DNA of 64,000 bases from Mobula hypostoma (lineage: Eukaryota): the NCBI RefSeq assembly GCF_963921235.1, contig NC_086098.1:237026001-237090000 (forward strand). The letters run 5' to 3'. A program made the translations under genes and the position numbers. This document shows, in pieces, positions 53,521 to 64,000 of the stretch (the stretch's first letter is position 1; every line of letters starts with the position of its first letter). Below the pieces are notes generated by a model. The model did not search any database and was not told the origin of the DNA. It saw only the letters and a list, made by a program, of their open reading frames with translations.

Positions 53521-54116
53521 TGTCACAAGGGGCCGCTGATGGCAGACCCAAATGCAAGACACAGACACTGATGTACAAAGAACAGGACTTGACTCGAGTA
53601 GGAAGGTGACAGGATACAGAGAAGGAGCAGGGACAAGAACGCAGACTAGGGCTTGGACCCCGAACCAGAGACTGGGCAAGGACCCAGAACGTGGGTCTTG
53701 CCTCGGGCTCGGGCCGCAGAACCAGGCGTGGGCATGACGTGACTACAGGACTGGAGGCTGGGGTCCTGAGGCTTGAGGCTTGGAGAGAGGCTTGGGGTCT
53801 TGAGGCTTGAGGCTGGGAGACAGGCTTGGGGTCTTGAGGCTTGAGCTTGGAGACAGGCTGGGGTCTTGGTCTTGAGGCTTGGGCTTGGAGACAGGCGGGG
53901 TATTCAGGCAGAGAGGAGGCGAGGGGGGAGAAGACAGGGAGGGGAACAGGACAGTCCAGCAGGGAATCCCTGGTTTGCAGAGGTATTTATGTCTCAGCCC
54001 CAAAACGAGAAACATGCGCCCACAACAGAAACTGGGGAAAACTAGAAACCCCGGAACAAGGATCCATGGACCGGACCGTAAACCGGAACACGGAGTTCAC
54101 GGACCGGACTATGACA
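53521..54116. mobile_element. Probable solo LTR with internal short tandem repeats
   Basis: TGTCA...TGACA termini. Flanks TCCAT/TCTAT (1 mismatch) inside a (TATC)n/(TCCA)n tract. Internal ggcttggggtcttgaggcttg repeats. Confidence 0.7.
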
Positions 54117-54637
54117 TCTATTTATTTATATGCAGCTTTTCTTCTTTTGCAAATTGGTTGCTTATCAGTCGATCTAATAGTAAAGAGTATTTCTTTGTTC
54201 TACTGCAAAGGCACACAAAAAAAAAATGAATCTCCAGCTAGTATATCGTGACATATACGTACTTTGATAGGAGATTTACATTGAACTTTGAAGCGGTCGT
54301 CACAGTAACTGATGGGAAGTTCCCAGACTCTGAGAAATGTTTTGATATTCAGGGTTTCGTGGATCAAAAATTAATGCAGCAAACTGTAACTGATATGTAA
54401 GGTCATCTGTGATTACACTGAATGATGCAGTGGGAAGAAGTGGCCGAATAGACTAGTCTTGTGTCTGTGTGTTACGTTATAATATTCTCCTCCCCAAACC
54501 TTTAAATCAGTCCTGTGCCGGAACCTTGGTGCACCGAACCCAAAAATGCGACACGTGGGTGACAGATTGGAAATAGAGCAGATACCTTCGCCTGGATTGG
54601 TACAGTTGTCGGCATTAGCTACTCAGCAGGTGTTTCC

Positions 54638-54773
54638 NNNNNNNNNNNNNNNNNNNNNNNNNNNNNNNNNNNNNNNNNNNNNNNNNNNNNNNNNNNNNNN
54701 NNNNNNNNNNNNNNNNNNNNNNNNNNNNNNNNNNNNNNNNNNNNNNNNNNNNNNNNNNNNNNNNNNNNNNNNN
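54638..54773. other. Assembly gap (136 N)
   Basis: Run of N. Confidence 1.
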
Positions 54774-55525
54774 GTTGGCGTGCAGGACAGGGAGGTCGTT
54801 TGGTCTTTGTGGAGGAACTCAGAGAATCGAAAACTTCATCTGGACAGGATGACCATGTTTACGCTAAAACAAAGCTTAGAGTACAAACACTCCCAGTGGT
54901 GGTCAGAGTACTGCAAAAAGGCAGTGAGAATATTGATCTCTTTCCCACAGAGAACGTTGGAAATGAAGAGCAGAGGTGCAGGACAGCGAGGAAATGAGGG
55001 ATCCGGTGATGGAGAGAGATGAACGGAGATGAACAGGTCAGCGTAGGACACAGAGATCAGCATTCTGCAGAAACGGCGGGATAGGATATTTCAGTGGATT
55101 TGAGTGTAATTCTATGTGAGGCGACTTTGAGATAGCACGGTACACACTAGCAAACTCCCAACGTATTGCGAACAGCCGAGTAAAGACAGAGGACGATAAA
55201 CCCATTGGTAGTTGTTTTTCTATTACGAGCTGTGTTTATCAGAAAATCCAATCACAAAACGGTCACCGTCTATACGGAGACCTACCCATTCTACACATAG
55301 CGGAATTTCAGACACAACACAGTAGATACAATTCTACAGAGAATTATGCGTCTCTGAAGATGGACAATCATCTCGCTACTTTCTAACATTATTAAACTTT
55401 TTTTGTTTCCATAAACAACATTACTGCACAATTACATTGCACAAGGTCGCTTCACAGTCCCAGTAAGGGTTTCACTGCATTAAGCAGGAGCAAACAATCC
55501 GACTGTGCTGCCAGACGCTGCGGCC

Positions 55526-55832
55526 TTACTGCCCACAAGCCGACTAAGAGATGGTGTTCCGCAAAGGCGAGCCCAACGAGCTGTGGCTCACGGTGCAGGC
55601 ATAGCTTGAACTCATTTTCCAGGCATCGGCGGGTACTCGCAGGTAACTGCTCAGCCTATAGGTCTGGTCGGTGTTTGCAGACACGGCGCCTGTGGTCACC
55701 CCGCTCTCAGTCTCGACTCCATCCACGCTCCAGCGCAGCGCTACCAAGCCCGGCTTAAAGCCGCTCACCAGGCAGTACAGAAAGGCCGAATCCTAGTCGG
55801 TCTCCTCCGGGGAGGGAGGCACCAGGAGAATT
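55526..55832 (-). pseudogene. IgL sigma-cart constant exon, cluster 2, 3' part
   Basis: LLVPPSPEETD*DSAFLYCLVSGFKPGLVALRWSVDGVETESGVTTGAVSANTDQTYRLSSYLRVPADAWKMSSSYACTVSHSSLGSPLRNTIS*SACGQ*. Both C1-set Cys and the Trp are present. TAG at 55795-55793 and 55546-55544. Confidence 0.96.
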
Positions 55833-57134
55833 TATTTTATGTTTAAATCTTTTTTTTTATTATTATTGAAAATCAACAACAAAGAAAAATACATCAAGAC
55901 AACGTATCCATTTGTAGAATACGAGTTAAACTATCAACCAAACTGAACAATATATCAACAACAATTAAAACAAAAACAAAATGTTAAAGCTATTTATATT
56001 TGGAAAAAAGAAAGAAAGAAATAAGAACCCCTACTAACTAAAACAAAAAACAAACCCTAATAACAAAAAAAAAACGGGAAAACCCCATTTGGAGCACAAA
56101 CACAGAGCTATACGCCATACAAGCATCCATAAAAAAGACATCATTCCGCCAACCAAATTCATATAACCAAGCATCAGAAAAGGACCATCTTAATTAACTC
56201 AAATGAAATGATCATAACGGGCAAAAGACCCCCACCTTTTCTGGAAGTCAAATCTAGGATCAAAAGTTTGACTTCTAATTTTTTCCAAACTACGATATAA
56301 CATCACCTCAGAGAACCATTGTATCAAAGTGGGAACAGAGGCATCTTTCCATTTAAATAAAATAGCCCTTCTAGCCAATAATGTGACAAATACAATTACG
56401 TGTTGGTCTGATATAGGAATACAATTAATATATTGAGGAATTATACCAAAAAAAACTGTCAATTTATTAGGTTGTAAATTGATTTTTAAAGCTTTAGAAA
56501 TTGTAGAAAAAATAGATTTCCAAAACTGTTTCAATACAGCACACGTCCAAAACATATGTGTCAACGTAGCTATCTCAGTTTTACATCTGTCACACTATTT
56601 ACATTAGGAAATATTTTAGACAATCTCTCCTTTGTCAAATAATAATGATGTACAATTTTAAATTGAATTGGAGAATGATTGGCACAAATCGAAAAAGTGT
56701 TGACCAACTTCAAAATTCGCAATCAATCCTCTGTTATCAAGGTCATGTTAAGCTCTCTTTCCCAATCTTGCTTAATCTTAAGTAAAGGATAGTTATCCTG
56801 TTGTAATAGTAAATTATAAATTTTCCCAATGAAACCTTTCACTAAAGGGTTAATTTTTTTAAAATAATATCTAACAGGTCAGAATCTTGTGTATATGGAA
56901 AGTTACTTAAGTATTCTTGTAAGAAATGTCTGACCTGAAGATACTGCAAAAAATGTGAATATGTGAGAGAATATTTAGATACTAATTTCTCAAAGGACAT
57001 CAATCTGCCTTCTTGAAACAAATCCATAAAGGAAAAAAAATCATTTGTTCCTCCAAAGAGAAAAGGTAGGATCACAAAGTGAAGGCTTAAATAATAGTTT
57101 CGATAAATTAAACTAAAAAGGTTAAATTTTTTAG
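55833..57134 (-). mobile_element. 5'-truncated L1/Tx1-like LINE inserted in the C exon, with 10-bp TSD
   Basis: ORF 56199-56564 preceded by CDRCKTE..THMFWTC (C-terminal zinc knuckle). A-rich tail at 55833-55860. CAGGAGAATT at 55823-55832 and 57135-57144. Confidence 0.9.
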
Positions 57135-57167
57135 CAGGAGAATTGAAGGTCTCCGGGACTCGCTGGC
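57135..57167 (-). pseudogene. IgL sigma-cart constant exon, cluster 2, 5' part
   Basis: Acceptor ctcactcacAG (57169-57168), then ..SESRRPSILL, matching the sigma-cart C N-terminus. One nt longer than the cluster 1 equivalent. Confidence 0.85.
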
Positions 57168-57760
57168 CTGTGAGTGAGAGAGTAGACGGATAGGAATAGA
57201 AATAACATGCATGTTAGGAATGACTGAAATTCGGAATTAAAAAGAAACTCCGCTATAGAAAAAGAAAACACAAGCCACCGAGCCACCGTGTATTGAAGCA
57301 AACTGTGAAATTTCTGGCTGAGGACACGGTCATTCCTTAGGTCACTGAATTGTCCACGAAGAGTTTCCCTGGTTAATCGCAGCTCCCAATTGCACTTTTA
57401 ACTTTCATCATCTTTACGGGCTGGGAATCCCGGGCACCAACCATGAGGAGGAAGTAGCCTCACTTATTCCATAAATGTCCTGCACACCGTGATTTCTGGT
57501 TATTAGTCTGTTTGTAAATTCGTGTTTACTGTCGGTCTCCAATATTTTCCAAGATCTTTAATTGGGCCGAGAATTGGCGGATATTACTCTTTCAGCTATG
57601 TGAAGGAGCTCGACAAATTCTGGATTTCAAATCCACTGTTCTCTCTAACAGAGATTTCCGATTCAGTAAAATAATTACTCAAATACGCCTCCCCACACAC
57701 CCCTCCCATACGCAACCACGAAGAAATCTGGTACTACCCTGTTACTAGCCCCTTGACTGA

Positions 57761-57770
57761 GGGGAATTCC
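57761..57770. promoter_or_regulatory. NF-kB consensus site GGGGAATTCC in cluster 2 J-C intron
   Basis: Matches GGGRNWYYCC. Lies in an intron segment alignable to cluster 1. Confidence 0.45.
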
Positions 57771-58481
57771 GCATTGAATTCCGTTAACACCCTAGATATC
57801 GAATTCGCTCGTCGCTGATTTTGTGAACATTCCATTTCAGGCTGTGCAAATACGCTCGCCCAGTGATGCCAGAGGAAATGGCAGAATTGACGAGGGGGTC
57901 TGTGAGCGAAAGAGGGGCGAGGAAACAGGAACAGGTCATTTCAGACCGGGATTGCCTCCCGGACACGAACGAACCCACCTATGTCCGCTCACTGTCAGCT
58001 CCTCCGCTATCCAGCATTTCCTGCAATGTTACTTTAAAATTCGTCTTTTTCCCTTCTTTGTTTGTGGCCTGGTTGACGGTTTTAATTTGAAGCAGCCAAT
58101 TCTGAATGAGGCGGCCACCGTTTATAGCAGTTCGGAATATTGGAGAAATTTTCATGACTACATGTTGGGGTTAGTATAAGAGAGAGTTGTGGTGGTTCCG
58201 ATTTCGTCAGTTCTGGACAGGGATCAATAGATTAAATTGGGAAAATTTCTGATCGGTCAGGGCTTTTACCACATCTGACTGAGGCGACTGAATGCCGGGA
58301 TGTACATGGTGTAAAAATTTCATTATATTCAATAATGGTTCATGTCCCGATCAGAGACAGATCGAATTCCACCACAGCTTTGAGACGGCACCAGGATTCC
58401 CTGAATAGATATTTCTATAGCAATGGGGAATAACACCGGCTGTGATAGGAATTGCGTGTAAAGGTATGACGGAGTCACTTT

Positions 58482-58831
58482 TCTTTATACCCAGGATAGT
58501 GCCTGGACCGAAGATCAATACATTATCCCACGCTGCACAGTAATAGACAGCTCCCGGGGTTCCAAGCTGCCGATGGTCAGGATGTGACTGTTGCTAGAGG
58601 TGTTTCTATACGGTTGGAAACGCGTTGTGATCCCTGTCCCTAGAAATATATCACCATTAGCATCATGTCTAACCACCCACTCCGGCCTCTCCTCGGGAAG
58701 TTGTCAGTGCCAGTACATGTAGAAAATTCCAACGCTACCGTTTTACATCCGGCATTCTAAGCGGGCAGTCTGTCCCGCCGAAAGGGGACAGAACATTGGT
58801 GTCTGATTGAGGACTGGAGCCGTCAGGATAC
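58482..58831 (-). pseudogene. Germline-joined VJ exon of IgL sigma-cart, cluster 2 (350 nt)
   Basis: GILTAPVLNQTPMFCPLSAGQTARLECRM*NGSVGIFYMYWH*QLPEERPEWVVRHDANGDIFLGTGITTRFQPYRNTSSNSHILTIGSLEPR-fs-AVYYCAAWDNVLIFGPGTILGIK. Stops at 58745-58743 and 58706-58704, 4-nt deletion at 58552/58551, J donor lost (AAAAGTGA vs AGTAAGTGA). No RSS. Confidence 0.95.
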
Positions 58832-58961
58832 CTGCAACAAAGACAATGAAACCATTGGGTGACTTGGATCTAACAGCAAAATAATTGATAAATTCGCGTT
58901 AAAATGAGCAGTAATTGTAATTATCACGGATATTCCGTGAATAAAGTAATATGTCTCTTAC

Positions 58962-59011
58962 CTGATAAATGGACCAGCAGAGCCCACAGGAGATGAAGTG
59001 CTTGGAACCAT
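58962..59011 (-). pseudogene. IgL leader exon, cluster 2 (1-nt insertion)
   Basis: ATG at 59011, donor CAG|GTAAGAG. The exon is 50 nt; removing one A after ATGGTTCC gives the hydrophobic MVPALHLLWALLVHLS-G (49 nt, phase 1). Confidence 0.88.
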
Positions 59012-59015
59012 GCTG

Positions 59016-59155
59016 TTCTGCAAACACCGGCAGCGACTCCGGTTCCAGCTTCTATAAATCGCAGCTCCGTGATCTATTTATTAACCAGAATGTTAATGAA
59101 TGGGAGGCGCTAGGGAAAGAATGAGGCGGAGACTGATTACCCAGCCATTGGAATC
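59016..59155 (-). promoter_or_regulatory. IgL promoter region, cluster 2: TATA-like TTTATA (59058-59053) and octamer-like ATTAACAT (59097-59090)
   Basis: Aligns with 26215-26350. Confidence 0.55.
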
Positions 59156-61404
59156 TGTGAATGACGATCTTTAAAGCCTAACAATTAATTTCAAAAATGT
59201 TTCATCTTCAGTTGTGTCATATATGTAGGTGTTTGTCAAATACTGAAAGTAAACTGATTTTAGGCATCTTTATCAGTAGTTTTTCTTTGGAAAAAATGTC
59301 AGGGGACCATTCGGCTCATTGTTTCTGCCCAAATTATTAATGAGAACAAAACTATTCGAAGTGACACATATCAAATCGCCAGAATTACCCAACTTCCTTC
59401 CCGTACCTTGACCCGAAACCACTGTATTTATCAAAATTAAAGTACAAATTAGAACGCGGTAATCATAAAGTTCAATGTACAAAGAAAAAAAAAACTACTT
59501 TCCTGAGACTTATTTTCCTGTGTGTATTCACAGCAAATGTTAATAAACACAACGGGATTCATGAAAGACTGCACTCAAAGACGGACAAGCAACTAATGCA
59601 GAAAAGAAGACAAACTGCAAAAATAAAATTAATTAAATAGATACCGTCAGATAGATAGATAGATAGACAAATCAATAAATAACATGGGTTGTAGAGTGCT
59701 TGAACGCGAGTCCATATTTTGTGGAACCAGTCTTGTCTTGAGTAGAGTGAAGTTATCAACTTTGGTTCAACAGACTGGACACGTATCTGATCCTATAAAT
59801 CTTTCGAAGAATTTCAAAAAATAAAAAAAAACTGTCCAATTATCTGGACATTACTTCCACTGCTCTGGGAAATCTCGAGAACATCCCACAACCACCCTCA
59901 AAAGTATTTTCTTTTCCACTGGTTTAACGGGAATGCAGAGTGGACGATTAAAAAAATAAGGCCAGTGGAAGCAATGCAGTCATTAGCCTCTCACACATTA
60001 TCCTTTTTCTATTGAAATGGAGCTTATCACCCAACTTACTGCACGAAATTCTTAATTGTCAATTGCATTTATATCCAAAAATCTGTCCCCGAATTGAAGT
60101 CACCGGCAAGCAGTGCGGTCAAGAATCTTTTGGCAAAATGGCCTGCAACAGCCAGAGCACTTAGTTTCGAAGTTGGGATACAATGTTGCATATGTATAAG
60201 ACGTTGATCAGGCCGCTGTTGATATTGTCTTCAGTATTAGTCACCCTGCATTCAGAAAAATACCACTAGGTAGGGAATTGTGCATGAAATATTTATGAGG
60301 ATGTGGTTAGGATTCGAAGGAATGAGTAATAAGGAAAGGACGATTAGGTTAGGAGATTTTTCTTCGGGAAGTAGGAGACTGAAAGATTATTCTATAGCAG
60401 TGTATAAAAATCGCGAGGAGCAAACGTAGGTGACTATTTATTCTTCTTTCACCCAGAGTTGGGGAATAAAGAAGTAGCGTGCATAAGTTTACGGCAAGTA
60501 AAAAAAGAGATTTAATAAGAATCAGAAGGGTAACTTTTTCAAAAGAGGGTGGTCACATGCGTAATGAGCTCCGAGATGAGTTGTTAGTTGCACACATATT
60601 TACAACATTTAACCGGCTATTATATACCGGAAGGTATTTGGGCATGCATTGCAAAGATTTGATGTGATATGGGAGAAAGGATTGCATACTGGACTGGTTT
60701 GTGTGGGCTTCTAGGTCCATGTGGATTGGTTGAGCCAAAGGGCCTGCTTCAGTGGTGTACAACGTTTTGACTCTATATTGTGACAATTTCTCGATCAGTT
60801 GCATGCCCTTTCAGAACACAAAAGATCGGATCTCAGCACAATACTTCAACGGTGCTCTCATTAGGGTCACAGAAACATTGATTCATCGAATTCTACAGCA
60901 CAGAAACTGGCTCTTCGGCCCGGCTATTCCGAGCTGAATTATTATGCTGCACGGTCTAATCGAAATGCACCTGGACCTTAGCACTCCTTACTGCTCTCAT
61001 CAAAGCCTCTACCCAAATCCTCTATTAATTTTGAAATAGAAGCTGCATTTTCTAGTTCCCATGGCAGCTCGTTGCACACTCTTACCACCTTTCCTTGTTT
61101 CCTGAGTGTTCTGAATGATTAATAATGGATTTCGCCATCTCTCCAAAGCGAAGATCAGAAAAATATATTTTGTAGACCTCCCTCTACTCTCACCCACTCT
61201 CTCTCTCCCTTATCCAAAGTTTTGTAGCAATGATGCCCCTCTCTCTCTCCCTACCTATCTCCCTCTCTCTCCCTCCCTTAAAAAACAAATTTTTAATCTT
61301 CCTCATTGATGATTCGTCACCCCCTTCGCCAACGACAGTAACGTGATCAGCAGCTTATATATGGTATTGGAGCTGTGGTCAGCTTCATAGTCAGAAGTAA
61401 AAAG

Positions 61405-61620
61405 TGAGTTGAGCAGGGTGCTGGCCGGCTGGTGCCACCAGACTACGAGGCGAGTGGTCCAGGATTCGAATCCAGCCGGCTTGCACAATTAGCATTTCTG
61501 CTGGGTTGCGAGTTGAGGTAGCAACTCGGCCTTGTACAAATAGACAGAAATACTAAAAAAGGCAAGGCTGCTGTCCAATGCGCCACAAGGCGAGGAAAGG
61601 AACAGCAAGGGCAGGGGGCT
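61405..61620 (+). mobile_element. tRNA-derived SINE
   Basis: Pol III B-box-like GGATTCGAATCC at 61462-61473, in a ggccggctggtg..ccagccggc head followed by gctgggttg..agcaactcggcc body. Confidence 0.55.
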
Positions 61621-62934
61621 AAGCACACAGAATTTTGGTGTACCTGTACTTTTGGAAGTTGAGGAAGAGATGTTATGGCCAATCCTAATTGACTGGGGTC
61701 TGCAAGTAAGAAAATTTAGGATCCAATTGCTGAATGAGGTATTGAGGCCAAGGTCTCGAAGCTTATCGAGGGGATGTCGACCTGTTATCGATAAAGAGCA
61801 CCTTTGCTGTATAGCTTTTCAGGTTTGAGTTAAGAACTATTGAAATGGCATCTGCTATGTCCTTCTTGGACGGTAGGCAAATTGGAGCTAATCCAAATCT
61901 CTTCTCAGGCAGGAGTTCATTTGTCTTCTCACAAACATCTCAACGCACTTAATCAGTGGCTCTGGGAGTCGGTGAATATTCCTTCATGTTTTAAGGGTCG
62001 AATGGAGCTTAGGTGGAAAAACCCCGCTGTTGGACCAGAACGTTTATTGTGTGCAGTCGAATACTACTCACTCGGAAACAATGAGCACGTTCACACGCAC
62101 AGGACTAGTAAATCAACGTTGATTGATAGAAGACCAAGCCCGCGAAATCGCCAAATCACATGATGTCACATAACCGACCAATAAGTAGTCACACAGAGGA
62201 TAGGACAGAAGCCATTGAGCTCATCAGGGAGGAAAACCTTGTTATTCCCTACTTCATTGGGTTTAATTTTGTAAGAGATAATAGTATTCAAACTATGCTT
62301 CGGTTGTCGAGCATCCTTCAGTGATTGAAGTTTACTTTGGCATTGCTATTTTAAGCGGCGTGAGATGTCTTTCCAGCAATCGTACCTGGATCAGCTGTAT
62401 TAGACTTGTTTGCCAGACCTGAATCAACTGATCTGCCCTCATCAGATTGCGGATCTCACTGTTTATTTCGGGTTTCTGGTTGGGAAAGCCTCTGAATGAT
62501 TTTGTGGGACCTTCTGTGACAACCGTGCTCTATTTATTAAGACCATGTGGGAAGTAAGTATAGAAATAGCAAAAAAAAACCCAGAAAAATATATATTTAA
62601 AAAGTGAGGAAGTGTTCAAGAGTTCAATGTCCATGAAGGAATCGGATGGCAGAGGGAAAGTAGCCGTTCCTGAATCGGTGAGTGTGTGCCTTCAGGCTTC
62701 TGTACCTCCTACCTGATGGTAACAGTGAGAAAAGGGCATGCCCTGGGAGCTGGAGGTCGTTAATAATGGATGCTGTCTTTCTGTACACCGTTTCTTGAAG
62801 ATGTCCTGGGTACTTTGTAGGCTAGTACCCAAGATGGAGCCGAATACATTTATACCCCTCTTCAGCTTCTTTCGGTCCTGTGCAGTAGCTCCTCCCCAAT
62901 ACCATAGCAGCCTGTCAGAATGTTCTCCACATTT

Positions 62935-64000
62935 TGCGACAGGTGAGGTACCAGAGGGTTGGAGAATAGCTAAAGTTGTTCCGCAGTTTAAGAAAGCTTT
63001 AAATTAAACTAGAAATAATAGACCAGTGAATTTGACATTAATATTGTGAAATTTATTGGAAGGTATTCAAAGGGACCGGATATTTTAGTATTTCGATAGA
63101 CATATACTGTTTAGGGATAGTCAAGACGATTTCATGCAGGTCGTGTCAAATCAATCTTATAGAATTTTTGGAGAGGTTTCCAGAAAAGTTGATAAAGGCG
63201 AGGCTAGGAATGCTATCTACATGGACGTACGCAAGGCATGTGACAAGTTTCCACATGGGAGGCTGGTGAAAGAGGTTCAGTCGCTCGGCATTCACGATGC
63301 GGTAGTAAGTTGGATTAGATATTGACGTTGTGGGAGAAGCCGGAGAGTGAAAATAGATCGTTGCCTGTCTGACTAGCGGCCTGCGACTAGTGGAGTGCCG
63401 CAGGTACTGGTGAGGAGTCCTGTGTTGTTTGTCAGCCATATCAATGATCTCAGTGATAATGTGGTTAACTGGATCTGTAAATTAGCATATGACACCAAGT
63501 GTGTACTGGACAGCGAGGAAGGCTATCATGGCGTGCACCGGGAACTGGAGCAGTTGGAAAAATAGGCTTTAAAGTGACATCTAACATGTCATGTACATAA
63601 GCCCGAGGTGTTGTACTTTATTAGGACCAAGCAAGGTAGGTATTAGACAATGAACAGAAACGCACTAAGGTGCGCTATAGATCGACAGGATCTATGAATG
63701 CAGGTGAATAATTCATTGAAAGTAGCACCACAGGAAGATACTCTCGTAAAGAAAACTTTTAGCACATTAGCTTCCGAAATCAAAGTAGCGAGTTCAGGAG
63801 ATGGGATGTTAAATTGAAGATGCTGGGACATACTTCGGAGTATTTTCTGCAGGTTTGGTCACTCTCCGACGGGAAAGATGTAAATAAGTTTGAAAGAGTG
63901 CAGACAAAATCTGCAAGGATGTAGCTGGGATTAAGGACTTGGGTAATAACGAATAACAAGAAAAGGTATCTCAATATAGTATATGGTGACATATATCTAC
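62935..64000 (+). mobile_element. Decayed CR1 LINE RT region (runs off the window)
   Basis: GEVPEGWRIAKVVPQFKK and AIYMDVRKACDKFPHGRLVKEVQSLGIH. Confidence 0.85.

Noticed and set aside
53750-53900. Regularly spaced short repeats as a CRISPR-like or switch-like array
   Set aside because: No unique spacers, eukaryotic context, and located inside a probable solo LTR.
61405-61480. tRNA gene
   Set aside because: Only a B-box-like motif without a cloverleaf, followed by a SINE-like body.

Overview
Vertebrate, non-microbial DNA from a cartilaginous fish, probably a ray or skate (inferred from the repeat families and the immunoglobulin type). The window contains two minus-strand immunoglobulin light-chain clusters of the sigma-cart (type I / NS5 / sigma-2) isotype. 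Each is leader - germline-joined VJ - single C exon: cluster 1 at 24157-26162, cluster 2 at 55526-59011. Both are pseudogenes with different lesions but share the same V-J junction (xAAWDN[G/V]LIFGP). Collinear flanking homology shows they are units of a 30-33 kb tandem array, and positions 1-520 are the upstream flank of a probable third unit left of the window. The C exon of cluster 2 is split by an L1/Tx1-like insertion with a 10-bp target-site duplication. The rest is mostly nested transposable elements: many CR1 LINEs (one nearly intact, one full-length and decayed), Rex1/Babar-like LINEs, R4/Dong, Penelope-like pieces and hairpins, two Ty3/Gypsy LTR elements, a solo LTR and a SINE. There is a 136-N assembly gap. 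I found no intact host gene and no wholly new system. Identities quoted are hand counts.
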